Source: Bacteroides fragilis (lineage in GTDB: Bacteria; Pseudomonadota; Alphaproteobacteria; Rs-D84). Taken from it: DNA of 64,000 nucleotides. The stretch spans positions 3,406 to 67,405 of the forward strand of contig CAVGNU010000002.1 in the NCBI GenBank assembly GCA_963630775.1, read 5' to 3'. The notes beneath the pieces are model-generated. The model ran no database searches. It was not told the DNA's origin and saw only the letters and a list, made by a program, of their open reading frames with translations. Positions 28,087 through 38,181 of the stretch are shown here, in pieces. A program made the translations under genes and the position numbers. Each line of letters starts with the position of its first letter. Position 1 is the first letter of the stretch.

Positions 28087-28821
28087 ATGATGCGTAAATC
28101 TGCAATAGTTTTGACCGGTATGATGGTGGTGTTGGGGGGATGCGCAAAGCATGACCCAATTTTACCAGGGACGCGCAATGCAATATTTGCAACCAGTGCG
28201 CCCGTTGCACTGAACCAGACCATCGCGGATTTGCCAGCGGTGGCAGTCACGGGTGACGCAGACGCAAATTGTCCATATACCCAAGACGCATCGAACGTAA
28301 TCAAAAATGGCGACCGCAAAATATTCAGCGGATTTCCAACACCAAATTCTGTGCGCAGTGATATGAAACCCATATGCAGCGGGAAATACGTTTATGCGGG
28401 TCTGACCACGGGCGAGGTTATCAAGGTTGACACCAAAACCCGTAACATTGCGTGGATTGCGGACGTCTTTCGCCCCAGCAATATGACCGGTGGCGCATCG
28501 GTTGTTGACATTGTCGCGCCAATTATGCTGCATAACGGCACGGTTTATGCCGGCGGGTTGGGCGATGCATTCTGTGCAATAAATGCGACATCAGGCGCCA
28601 AGAAATGGTGTGCATATATCGGTACGGCGCACCCATTTGTTATCACGGATACGGCGGCGTTTGTTGTTGGGACGGACGATAATCTGTATGCGGTTCGTAT
28701 GCGCGATGGTGCAATTTACTGGCGCGCCGCGGTGGACACGCAATCCGCACCGACATATGCCGATGGCACGATTATCGTTGGTCGGCAAAAATTTGACGCC
28801 GCCACAGGACAGACAAAATAA
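28087..28821 (+). CDS. PQQ-like beta-propeller lipoprotein, short BamB-like
   Basis: Lipobox VVLGGC. Repeated V/IYAG...G.L.A....G...W blades. Only 244 aa. Confidence 0.5.
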   Translation: MMRKSAIVLTGMMVVLGGCAKHDPILPGTRNAIFATSAPVALNQTIADLPAVAVTGDADANCPYTQDASNVIKNGDRKIFSGFPTPNSVRSDMKPICSGKYVYAGLTTGEVIKVDTKTRNIAWIADVFRPSNMTGGASVVDIVAPIMLHNGTVYAGGLGDAFCAINATSGAKKWCAYIGTAHPFVITDTAAFVVGTDDNLYAVRMRDGAIYWRAAVDTQSAPTYADGTIIVGRQKFDAATGQTK

Positions 28822-28862
28822 CAAATGCCCCCGTTTGGGGCATTTGTTATATACCAAACAGT

Positions 28863-28912
28863 AACCCTCCCCGTCGCACTTGCGTGCGACACCCCTCCTG
28901 ATGGAGGGGAAT
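28863..28912. repeat. CCCTCC-type double-hairpin element, copy 1
   Basis: aaCCCTCCCCGT-[gtcgcac ttgc gtgcgac]-ACACCCCTCC tgat GGAGGGGAAT. The same frame is seen at 40240-40293. Confidence 0.75.
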
Positions 28913-28913
28913 T

Positions 28914-28938
28914 AAAAACGGGGCGATGCCCCGTTTTT
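28914..28938. terminator. Intrinsic terminator downstream of infB
   Basis: acgggg-cgat-gccccgt with A5 and T5 flanks. Overlaps the infB stop. Confidence 0.7.
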
Positions 28939-31366
28939 ACAGTTGTGCGCGAACTTCTTGTACCTCGTAACATTCGACGCGATCGCCTTCTTTCAAGTCA
29001 TTATACTTGTCAAAAGACATACCAAATTCAACGCCGGCAACAGATACTTCTTTGACCTCGTTCTTTTCGCGGCGCATTTCGCCAATCTTGCCATCATAGA
29101 TAACAACATTGTTGCGCAGCAAACGAACAAACGCGTCTTTCTTTATCACACCTTCGGTCAGGCGGCACCCCGCAACACGGACGCCCTTGCCCACCGTGAA
29201 CAATGCGATAACATCGGCATAACCAATAAAGTTTTCTTTCTTTTCTGGGGCCAGTTTACCAGACAAAATTTCTTTGATTTCGTCGGTAATGCGGTACACA
29301 ACACTGTGATAGCGAATGTCTACATTGCCCGCACGCGCCATATCGCGAACCGCGGCGTCAGCACGAACATTAAACGCAATGATTACCGCACCAGATGCCG
29401 TGGCCAGACGAATATCGCCCTCTGTAATCTGGCCAACGCCAGATGACAAGATTTCAACAGACGCCTTGTCGGTATGAATATCGCGCAACATGTCGGTAAT
29501 GGCCTCTACACTGCCCTGAACATCGGCGCGCAAGATAATTGGCAACACCAATTTCTTGGATTCATCGCGACGTGCAAACAACTCTTCCAATGACGAACGT
29601 TTAACAGCATTGGCCTTGTCCTTGGCCTGTTGTACACGATGTGCGGCAACTTCGCGGGTTTGTGCCTCGGCGTCCATAACGCGCAATTCGTCACCCGCAT
29701 TTGGAACACTGTCCAGTCCCAAAACAACCGCTGGTTGCCCAGGACGTACGGATTTTACACGTTCGCCCGCAGAATTTATCAGGCCACGCACGCGACCGAA
29801 TGTTTCACCAACAACGAATACATCGCCAATCTTTAATGTGCCCTGACGCATCAGAATGGTTGCTGTTGCGCCCAGACCTTTTTCCATTTTCGCCTCTACC
29901 ACATATGCGACGGCGGGCATGTCTGGGTCGGCCTTTAAGTCCATCATATCGGCCTGTAACAGAATTGCTTCTTCCAGTTTATCTAAACCAATATGCTTTG
30001 TTGCAGAAATTTCAACACACTGGACATCACCCCCCATATCTTCGACCTGAACCTCTTGTTGCAACAGGTCAGTTTTAACGCGGGTTGGATTCGCCTCTGG
30101 CAAATCAATTTTATTAATTGCGACAATAAATGGAACTTTGGCCGCACGAATATGATTTATCGCCTCTATGGTCTGGGGCATGATGGAATCGTTTGCCGCA
30201 ACAACCAGTACAACGATATCCGCCATTTGCGCACCACGTGCACGCATAGCGGTAAATGTTTCGTGTCCCGGGGTATCCAAGAATGTGATTTCTGCGCCTG
30301 ATTTGGTTTTAACCTCGTACGCGGAAACGTGCTGGGTGATACCGCCGGCCTCGCCCGCGGCAACGTGCGCATTACGCATAGCGTCCAGCAGGGACGTTTT
30401 ACCATGATCAACATGCCCCACAACGGTAACAACTGGTGCACGCGGTTGCATGTGCGCAGGATCAGGTTCGCGATCCAGTTGATCCGCATACGGTTTTGTC
30501 ACAACATGTTTGACCGTTGCGCCAAATTCGGTTGCAACCAATTCAGCGGTATCGGCATCAATTGATTGGTTCTGGGACGCCATCATACCCATTTCCATCA
30601 ATTTTTTGATGACATTGCCAACCTTTTCCGCCATGGCGGCCGCTAAATCTTTTACGGTAATTGTTTCACCCAGTTGAACAACATGTTCAATTTTCTGGGG
30701 CGCGTTAAAGATTGCGCGCGCCTTTTCACGAAAACGTTTCAATGACGCTTCGCTGCGACGGCGGTTCGCACCGCGAATACCGATTTCATCATCATCGTCG
30801 CCATCGCCAATGACAATATCATGCAAGGAAATTTTTCCTGATTTTTTGAAATCTTTCTTGGACGAATTGTGACGATTGCCATACGGGCGGGCATTGTCTT
30901 CGTCGTCATCGCGCGGGCCACGGAACGCATGATGCTGTTGGGCCTGCTGTGCGGGCGTTTGCGATTGAGATTGCACAGCAGCGGGCTTTTTCGCAGATTG
31001 GGTTTGCGCCACGACTGTTTTTTCTGGTGCGGGCGCAGCAACACTTTCGCGCGCCGCCAGTTGCGATTTCACGTGTTCGTATTCTGCGGCCTCGCGTGCG
31101 ATTTCCGCTTCGCGCGCGGCGCGCGCGGCTTCTTCTTCAACCTCTCGCGCGCGACGTTGCTCTTCACGGGCACGGGCGGCCTCTAATACAGCACGCAATT
31201 TTTCATCTGCGGCGTTTTTAGTCGCGGCTGGCGCAACTGGTTCTTCGCGCAATTCACGTGTCCCAGGTGCAACAACGCGCCGGCGACGCTCAACACGTAC
31301 CGCATCGCCCCTTTTGCTTTGCACCGCATCAATGGTTACAGATTTTCCCAATGTCAGTGTTGCCAT
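28937..31366 (-). CDS. infB: Translation initiation factor IF-2
   Basis: GTPase motifs [22 protein letters not shown], and a charged N-terminal region. Confidence 0.97.
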   Translation of the reverse strand: MATLTLGKSVTIDAVQSKRGDAVRVERRRRVVAPGTRELREEPVAPAATKNAADEKLRAVLEAARAREEQRRAREVEEEAARAAREAEIAREAAEYEHVKSQLAARESVAAPAPEKTVVAQTQSAKKPAAVQSQSQTPAQQAQQHHAFRGPRDDDEDNARPYGNRHNSSKKDFKKSGKISLHDIVIGDGDDDDEIGIRGANRRRSEASLKRFREKARAIFNAPQKIEHVVQLGETITVKDLAAAMAEKVGNVIKKLMEMGMMASQNQSIDADTAELVATEFGATVKHVVTKPYADQLDREPDPAHMQPRAPVVTVVGHVDHGKTSLLDAMRNAHVAAGEAGGITQHVSAYEVKTKSGAEITFLDTPGHETFTAMRARGAQMADIVVLVVAANDSIMPQTIEAINHIRAAKVPFIVAINKIDLPEANPTRVKTDLLQQEVQVEDMGGDVQCVEISATKHIGLDKLEEAILLQADMMDLKADPDMPAVAYVVEAKMEKGLGATATILMRQGTLKIGDVFVVGETFGRVRGLINSAGERVKSVRPGQPAVVLGLDSVPNAGDELRVMDAEAQTREVAAHRVQQAKDKANAVKRSSLEELFARRDESKKLVLPIILRADVQGSVEAITDMLRDIHTDKASVEILSSGVGQITEGDIRLATASGAVIIAFNVRADAAVRDMARAGNVDIRYHSVVYRITDEIKEILSGKLAPEKKENFIGYADVIALFTVGKGVRVAGCRLTEGVIKKDAFVRLLRNNVVIYDGKIGEMRREKNEVKEVSVAGVEFGMSFDKYNDLKEGDRVECYEVQEVRAQL

Positions 31367-31428
31367 ATATTTTACCCCCGTATTAGTTGCATCAATACCC
31401 GCGACGCTGTTCGCACCGCGGTTTTTTA

Positions 31429-32970
31429 TTATTCTGCGTCCCCTTGGGTTATGCCGTATGCCAGTTCGCGCGCCTTCATAATAACACGACCCGCCAAACG
31501 CGCAGACATTGTGTCTTCGCCCAAGATTTCGACCAATTCGTCGGTTGCCAAATCCGCCAAGTCAGACAATGATTTGACACCGTTTTCACCCAGTTTCATA
31601 ATGATTGGGCGTTTTACAAAATCGAATTTTAACAAGTCGTCAGACATACCCATTGCATGACCATTGTCAATGTATTCTTGTTCAACCTTGGTCAAATAGT
31701 CCTTGGCACGGTTCTGCAATTCTGTTGCCAATTCTGGGTTGAACCCTTCGATGGATTCCAATTCAGATACATCAACAAATGCGATTTCTTCGACGGTACG
31801 GAACCCTTCGGTAATCAGCAGATGTGCAATCATTTCATCAACGTCCAGCGCACGGATAAACAATTCTGTTTTTTCCTTGAATTCTTTGGTACGACGTTCT
31901 TGTTCTTCGGCTTCGTTCATAACGTCAATGTTCCAGCCCGTCAACTGCGATGCCAAACGTACGTTCTGGCCACGGCGACCGATTGCCAATGATTGTTGAT
32001 CTTCGGTAACGACAACGGCCGCACTGCGCGTGTCTTCGTCAACGATAATCTTGGCAACTTTGGCCGGTTGCATTGCATTGACAATAAATACCGCTGGGTC
32101 ATCAGAATACAGAATTACGTCAATCTTTTCACCATGGCATTCGTTGATAACCGGCTGAATACGTGTACCCTTGATACCGACAGTCATACCGACGGCGTCA
32201 ATTGATGGATCTTGGGTTTCCACGGCAATTTTTGCGTGTGACCCAGGCGCACGTGACACAGATTTAATTTTAATAACCCCCTCATAAATTTCTGGCACTT
32301 CTTGGACAAATAATTTTTCCATGAACATTGGGTGTGTACGGGTCAAGAAAATCTGTGGCCCCGAATTAGAACGCGTAACATCCATAATCAATGCGCGGAC
32401 GCGATCACCCACCGCCAAGCGTTCACCAGGAATCAGTTCGCTGCCCTTGATGTAACCTTCGGCCTTGCCATTGATATCAACGAAAACGTTACCAAATTCG
32501 ATACGTTTAACAATGCCAGACACAATGTCGCCGATGGTATCTTTGAATTCTTCGTACTGACGACCCTTTTCTGCGTCACGGACGCGGGTTGTCATAATCT
32601 GTTTTGCGGTCTGGAATGCCATACGACCAAATTCTGGTTCTGGCAACGGATCTTCGACAACATCGCCAACTGTTGGGTTTTGGGCGTATTTTTTCGCCTG
32701 CGCAACCGTCAACATAGTGTTGGCATCGTATTCATCGCCCACGGATTCTGGGGACGCAATAACAGTGAACAAACGTTTGACATATATTGCCCCATTTTTG
32801 CGGTCAATGGTCGCCATGATGTCAAATTCTTCGCCATATTTGTGTTTAGCAATTTTGGCGATTGCTGCCTCTAATGATTCAATCACGATTTCGCGATCAA
32901 TCTGCTTGTCTTGGGCCAACGAGTCAATGGCCAACAGCAAGTCCTGACGGGGCATAGAAACAAAAGACAT
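31429..32970 (-). CDS. nusA: Transcription termination/antitermination factor NusA
   Basis: N-terminal domain, S1, two KH domains (IGRRGQNVRLASQLTGW) and a C-terminal acidic repeat. Lies upstream of infB. Confidence 0.95.
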   Translation of the reverse strand: MSFVSMPRQDLLLAIDSLAQDKQIDREIVIESLEAAIAKIAKHKYGEEFDIMATIDRKNGAIYVKRLFTVIASPESVGDEYDANTMLTVAQAKKYAQNPTVGDVVEDPLPEPEFGRMAFQTAKQIMTTRVRDAEKGRQYEEFKDTIGDIVSGIVKRIEFGNVFVDINGKAEGYIKGSELIPGERLAVGDRVRALIMDVTRSNSGPQIFLTRTHPMFMEKLFVQEVPEIYEGVIKIKSVSRAPGSHAKIAVETQDPSIDAVGMTVGIKGTRIQPVINECHGEKIDVILYSDDPAVFIVNAMQPAKVAKIIVDEDTRSAAVVVTEDQQSLAIGRRGQNVRLASQLTGWNIDVMNEAEEQERRTKEFKEKTELFIRALDVDEMIAHLLITEGFRTVEEIAFVDVSELESIEGFNPELATELQNRAKDYLTKVEQEYIDNGHAMGMSDDLLKFDFVKRPIIMKLGENGVKSLSDLADLATDELVEILGEDTMSARLAGRVIMKARELAYGITQGDAE

Positions 32971-33010
32971 TTATTTTTCTCCTTCGTTTGTGATATGTTT
33001 TTACTTATAA

Positions 33011-33034
33011 GGGCGGGGTTTTTCAACCCCGCCC
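33011..33034 (-). promoter_or_regulatory. GC-rich 10-bp hairpin in the nusA 5' leader
   Basis: gggcggggtt-tttc-aaccccgccc, about 40 nt upstream of the nusA ATG. Confidence 0.35.
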
Positions 33035-33110
33035 CTAAAAAAACTTTTTAAGAACGTTTGTATTATTACCACCGAATCGCCAGAAAGCAAGGAAAATTAG
33101 CAATATATAT

Positions 33111-33139
33111 TTGACGGGTCTGCTTTTGCGCTTTATACT
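33111..33139 (+). promoter_or_regulatory. Sigma70-like promoter of lptF. The -10 box ends 7 nt before the ATG, suggesting a leaderless mRNA.
   Basis: TTGACG-17 nt-TATACT-7 nt-ATG(33147). Confidence 0.55.
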
Positions 33140-33146
33140 GCGGGGT

Positions 33147-34208
33147 ATGAGAATACTGAACAGATATTTTTCGCGCCAGTTGGTCGCAATTTTTGTTATG
33201 CTGTTGCTGGTGCTGACCGGATTGGCGTGGATGGTACAGATTATGTCTATGCTGAAATTCTTGCTCAGTTACGGTATCGCACTCAGCAATTTTCTGGGGT
33301 TGACGGTGTTGATGTTACCGTTTATTGTGTCTATTATTATTCCATTTGTGACATTTATCGCGGTGATATTTGTGTATAACAAACTGATTGCCGACAATGA
33401 AATCACCGTTATGGCGTCGGTCGGATTGTCGCCACGGCAACTGGCGCGGCCGGCGTTGAAATTGGCAGCGGTATTGACAGCGTTGCATTTTGCGTTGAAT
33501 ATTTGGGCCGTGCCGGTATCACAGGCGCGGTTTTACAGCACGCAATGGAATCTGCGCTATGGCTTGGCGCATATGAAATTACAAGAGGGGGCGTTTACCC
33601 CACTGGCGGACGGGCTGGTCGTCTATGTGGACAAGGTGTCTGGTCACGACCTGTCACAGGTTATGTTGTCTGATATGCGGGACAAGAAATCACCGCTGAC
33701 GATTTTTGCCGAAAAGGGTAAATTGGTATCGACGGCACGCGGCCTGTCCATTGTTATGAGCAATGGCGCATTACAGGCACGTAATAATGGTGCAATGACC
33801 ACCGGCACATTTGATGCGTTTGATATGGATTTGAATTTGACCGAGCGCGGTGACGATAACGGCTTCAAGGTCAGACGTGTACCGACACTGGAATTGGTCA
33901 AGACCGTATTGAATGCCCCAACCGAAAAACAGCACAAGCAGGTTTTGTCCGAACTGTGCACACGTTTTTTAAGCCCGATTATGAATCTGGTATTGGCGGC
34001 GTTGTGCACATTGGTGTTGTTACGTTCGTCATTGTTGCGTCGCCGCGCCAGTTTCGCGCCCGCAATGGCGGTATTGGCGATGGCAATTACAATGGCGGGA
34101 TTTATGTCGGCATCAAATATGGTGACCAGTTTTACGGACTTTGTTGTATTGGCTGGGGTTCAGATGTTGGTTCTGGGTGGTATACTGATTGCGTTGTGTA
34201 AGAAATGA
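33147..34208 (+). CDS. lptF: LPS export ABC permease, LptF/LptG family
   Basis: MRILNRYFSRQL N-terminus typical of YjgP/YjgQ permeases, with six TM segments. Lies upstream of lptD. Confidence 0.8.
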   Translation: MRILNRYFSRQLVAIFVMLLLVLTGLAWMVQIMSMLKFLLSYGIALSNFLGLTVLMLPFIVSIIIPFVTFIAVIFVYNKLIADNEITVMASVGLSPRQLARPALKLAAVLTALHFALNIWAVPVSQARFYSTQWNLRYGLAHMKLQEGAFTPLADGLVVYVDKVSGHDLSQVMLSDMRDKKSPLTIFAEKGKLVSTARGLSIVMSNGALQARNNGAMTTGTFDAFDMDLNLTERGDDNGFKVRRVPTLELVKTVLNAPTEKQHKQVLSELCTRFLSPIMNLVLAALCTLVLLRSSLLRRRASFAPAMAVLAMAITMAGFMSASNMVTSFTDFVVLAGVQMLVLGGILIALCKK

Positions 34209-36220
34209 AACGACTGATTCCGATTTTTCTGCCGATGTTTTCCGCCGTGTCTGCCATGGCGATGGCCATTGACCCAAATATGCCCAAGACCATTAAATCA
34301 GATAAAATTGAATATGATGTGCGCACGGAATCAATTAAAACAACCGGTGCCACCGAAATCACAAATGCATCGGGCCAGCGTTTAACACTGACGGATTCAT
34401 ATCTGTCGCGTGATGGGACAAACCTGTCGGGGGACGATATAAAAATCTGGCTGGGTGAACATGTGTACATCGAATCAGACAATGTCGTGCGCAATGGCGA
34501 CGACACAATTGCATACAATGCAACATTTACGGCATGCGATGACTGCGACGACATTGGCGATGCGTGGCAAATTTCAACAACACGTACAGTGCACGATATG
34601 GAAACGCGTATGCTCAGTTTCCATAATCCGGTGATGTGGATTTATGGTGTGCCAGCGTTGTGGTTTCCGTATTTTTCTATGCCAGATCCGGGGGTAAAGC
34701 ACAAGACCGGATTTTTGATGCCAGATTTGAAATCCACCAACCAGATGGGGACACAGATCAACATCCCGTTGTATTTGTACCTGTCGGATACGCACGACAT
34801 GACGGTTACGATGTCGTACCTGACCCAAGAAAACCCGTTGGTACAAATTGAACATCGTTTGAATACAGCGCATTCTGAATCCCAGACCAACGGATCGTTT
34901 ACACACAATCGCGCGGGTGAAAATCGTTGGCACATATTTAACAACGATATAATTGAATTGGGCGATAACGCGCGTGCAACGATATTCTTGGAACGCGCAT
35001 CTGATAAAACATATTTACAGAAATATGGGCTCTATGGCGACCAACCATATTTGGATTCGGGGGCAACGCTGGAACTGTTTGGGCAGAGCAGTTATGTCGT
35101 TGCCGATGCACATATATTCCAAGAATTGCGTACGTACAACACATGGGTGGCAACCCCATCGGGCGATATTTTACCAAACATTCGTGCCACACACCAAACA
35201 TCACCCTTGTTTGCTGAAACGTACGCAACATTTGGTGCGGATATTTTGGGAATTTCTGGTTCTGGGACGGCATCACAGCGTATGATTGGCGATGCGCGTA
35301 TTACGTCGCCATGGACATTGTGGGGTGGCAATCGCCTGACACTCAGTTTAGATGCCCGATATGACGTGTATAATTTTGATAATACCGATTTGATTGATGG
35401 GCAAAAGTTTTCGGGACTGAAAAATCGTTTCTTGCCCAGTGGATATGTTGAATGGGGATTGCCGTTGTTTCGCCCGTCTGACACATGGACACAGGTTATC
35501 GAACCGCGCGCGCGTTTGACAATTATGCGCCATATTGATGACGCGACATTTGCGGCAAACAATGATTCGGTGGGCGCATTGCTGTCGGACGCAACACTGT
35601 TTTCGAACAAGCGTTTTGCAGGTCTGGATTTATGGGAAAACAGTAATTATGCCGATTATGGTGTTCGTTGGGCGGCATTTAACTCAGATGGGCGTTCATT
35701 TGAAGTGTTCTTGGGCCAAACATATGATTTCCAAGATCGCGATACCATTGATCCAAATAGCGGATTTTTGAATGGCGCGTCGGACTATGTCGGGCGTGTT
35801 GGTTTTAACAACATGAAGTGGTTGGAATTGACCAGTCGATTCCGTTTGGCGCGTAATGACTTGGCATTGCGCCACGTTGAAACGTCCGCATACCTGACCC
35901 ACAGTGCGGGGACATATTTGAACATTGGTCACATCTGGTCACAGCAACTTATTGATGCATACACCCGAAATGATTCTATCAATGAAATCATGGGTGGCTT
36001 TGGTATCCAGTTGACACCACGTTGGGCGGTGCGCTTTAATTCAATATATAACATGACAGCCGGTGCGTTCCAGCGTCATACTGGCGGCGTGTTCTATACA
36101 CACCCATGTTATTACATGTCTATGGAATACCGTCGTGATAACGCGGTCAAGGGGGACTATGTCGGAACAACTACGTTCCAGTTCCGCATTGGAATGAGTA
36201 TCAATGGCCAACAGTATTAA
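34205..36220 (+). CDS. lptD: LPS assembly outer-membrane protein LptD
   Basis: OstA-like N-terminal domain plus a large beta-barrel. FPYFSMPDPGVKHKTGFLMPD motif. Confidence 0.9.
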   Translation: MKRLIPIFLPMFSAVSAMAMAIDPNMPKTIKSDKIEYDVRTESIKTTGATEITNASGQRLTLTDSYLSRDGTNLSGDDIKIWLGEHVYIESDNVVRNGDDTIAYNATFTACDDCDDIGDAWQISTTRTVHDMETRMLSFHNPVMWIYGVPALWFPYFSMPDPGVKHKTGFLMPDLKSTNQMGTQINIPLYLYLSDTHDMTVTMSYLTQENPLVQIEHRLNTAHSESQTNGSFTHNRAGENRWHIFNNDIIELGDNARATIFLERASDKTYLQKYGLYGDQPYLDSGATLELFGQSSYVVADAHIFQELRTYNTWVATPSGDILPNIRATHQTSPLFAETYATFGADILGISGSGTASQRMIGDARITSPWTLWGGNRLTLSLDARYDVYNFDNTDLIDGQKFSGLKNRFLPSGYVEWGLPLFRPSDTWTQVIEPRARLTIMRHIDDATFAANNDSVGALLSDATLFSNKRFAGLDLWENSNYADYGVRWAAFNSDGRSFEVFLGQTYDFQDRDTIDPNSGFLNGASDYVGRVGFNNMKWLELTSRFRLARNDLALRHVETSAYLTHSAGTYLNIGHIWSQQLIDAYTRNDSINEIMGGFGIQLTPRWAVRFNSIYNMTAGAFQRHTGGVFYTHPCYYMSMEYRRDNAVKGDYVGTTTFQFRIGMSINGQQY

Positions 36221-36242
36221 ACATGAAACGGGGAAAGGACAG

Positions 36243-37070
36243 ATGAAACAGTTAAATCTGATTTTGGCGGGCGCATTTATGATGATGGGCGCACCAGCAT
36301 ATGCCGCCAGCATTATTGCATCGGTAAATGGCACACCGATTACCGACACCGATATCACCGCACGCGTTAAACTGATGTCGCGTCAGGGAAAAAATCCAAC
36401 CGACAATCGTCGTGTTGCATTACAGAGCATTATTGATGACAATGTCAAAATCGCATATGCGCAAAACTTTCATGCCGTACCCGAAGATGATGTTGTGGAC
36501 AAAGAACTGAAAAAAATGAATTTGGGCGACATGTCTGAATCTGAACGCGCGATGGCGCGCAGTGCATTGCGTGCCGAAATCGCATGGCAGATTATTGTTG
36601 GTCGTACCATTATGCCAACGGTTGATGTATCCCGCGAAGAAATTGATGCCGAACGCGCCGAAATCGCGCGCGAAAACGGATTGCCGATTGAGATGACCAT
36701 CGTACGTCTGGTTGATATTCCCGCTGATGTTGCGGCAAAACTGACCACACCAAAATCATGCGATGATGCGGTTACAATGGCGGAAAATTTGGGTGGTGCG
36801 CCGCAAAAGTTCACCGCGCTGCAATACGAATTATCGTCTGATATCCGTGCGCGCGTGGCGACATTGCCGACCCTCACGTGGTCACCGGTCGTTGATCGCA
36901 GTGTATTATTGATATGCAGCACCAAAAAGACCAAAGAATACGGTAAACTGGACGAAATGATAAAGCAAAACGCCACATACAAACAGGCAATGTTTATCGC
37001 AGACCAACAACTGAAACAACTGCGCCGTAAAGCGGTGGTTGTTATAAACGACGACAGATATAAATTATGA
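36243..37070 (+). CDS. surA: SurA-like periplasmic chaperone (SurA N-terminal domain)
   Basis: Signal peptide, IIASVNGTPITDTDI. Position after lptD. Confidence 0.6.
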   Translation: MKQLNLILAGAFMMMGAPAYAASIIASVNGTPITDTDITARVKLMSRQGKNPTDNRRVALQSIIDDNVKIAYAQNFHAVPEDDVVDKELKKMNLGDMSESERAMARSALRAEIAWQIIVGRTIMPTVDVSREEIDAERAEIARENGLPIEMTIVRLVDIPADVAAKLTTPKSCDDAVTMAENLGGAPQKFTALQYELSSDIRARVATLPTLTWSPVVDRSVLLICSTKKTKEYGKLDEMIKQNATYKQAMFIADQQLKQLRRKAVVVINDDRYKL

Positions 37071-38173
37071 AACCAATTTTATTTAATTTCACCGATGGTG
37101 AACTGGAAAAGTTCATAACCGATATGGGGCAACCACGATTTCGTGCAAAGCAAATTCGCGAATGGTTAAATCGGGGTGCGCCTGATTTTTCTGTGATGAA
37201 AAATTTGCCCGATGCACTGCGTCACGATCTGGATACGGCGGCGCAAACTTTGCCGGTAAAAATCGTCAAGAAACTGGAATCGGCCGATGGCGAAACAACA
37301 AAATTCTTGTTGGAACTGAACGATTGCGAACAGATTGAATGCGTGTTGATGCGCACAACATATGGCAACAGCGTATGCGTCAGTTCACAGGCCGGTTGCG
37401 CCATGGGCTGCAAATTTTGTGCCAGTACGTTGTTGGGGCTGAAACGCAATTTAACCGCGGACGAAATATTTTCGCAAATCTTGGTCGCACAATGGGAATT
37501 GCGTTGTGGGCGTGATGCGGCGCGCGAACGTCCAATTCGTGCAAATGGCGACGCAAATAATGGTGACGTGTCGCATATTGTTGTGATGGGCACAGGCGAA
37601 CCATTACAGAATACTGAAAATGTTATCGGATTCTGTGAACGCGCGAATCGCGATATGGGCATCGGGTGGCGTCGTATTACGATTTCGACATGCGGAATTG
37701 TGCCTGGGATTAGCGAACTGATTGCGTGGGGCCGGCCAATCAATTTGGCAATATCGCTGCACGCACCAACCGACGAACTGCGCGGGCAAATTATGCCGAT
37801 AAATAATAAATATAAATTGGCAGATGTATTGGCCGCCGCCGATGAATTTACAGCGCTGCATAATCGCCAGTTGATGATTGAATACATATTACTGGCGCGA
37901 AAAAATGCACATGGCGATGTAGTACTGTTTAATTGCACGCCAGAATATGCCGAAATGTTGTCCGAACTGTTGCGCGGGAAAAACTGCATGGTGAATTTGA
38001 TACCATGGAACGCGGTTGATGAACGCGATTTTGCATCGCCATCTGGCAATGCCGTGCACAGATTCCAAGATATACTGATTAAAAACGGTATTCACGCGCG
38101 CATTCGCCGCGAACGCGGTAGCGATATTGGTTCTGCATGCGGGCAACTGCGATTAAATAATGCAAAAAAATAA
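37067..38173 (+). CDS. rlmN: 23S rRNA/tRNA m2A methyltransferase (radical SAM)
   Basis: FRAKQIREWL, radical-SAM CAMGCKFCAS, and C-terminal GSDIGSACGQL. Confidence 0.95.
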   Translation: MKPILFNFTDGELEKFITDMGQPRFRAKQIREWLNRGAPDFSVMKNLPDALRHDLDTAAQTLPVKIVKKLESADGETTKFLLELNDCEQIECVLMRTTYGNSVCVSSQAGCAMGCKFCASTLLGLKRNLTADEIFSQILVAQWELRCGRDAARERPIRANGDANNGDVSHIVVMGTGEPLQNTENVIGFCERANRDMGIGWRRITISTCGIVPGISELIAWGRPINLAISLHAPTDELRGQIMPINNKYKLADVLAAADEFTALHNRQLMIEYILLARKNAHGDVVLFNCTPEYAEMLSELLRGKNCMVNLIPWNAVDERDFASPSGNAVHRFQDILIKNGIHARIRRERGSDIGSACGQLRLNNAKK

Positions 38174-38181
38174 ACATCCAA

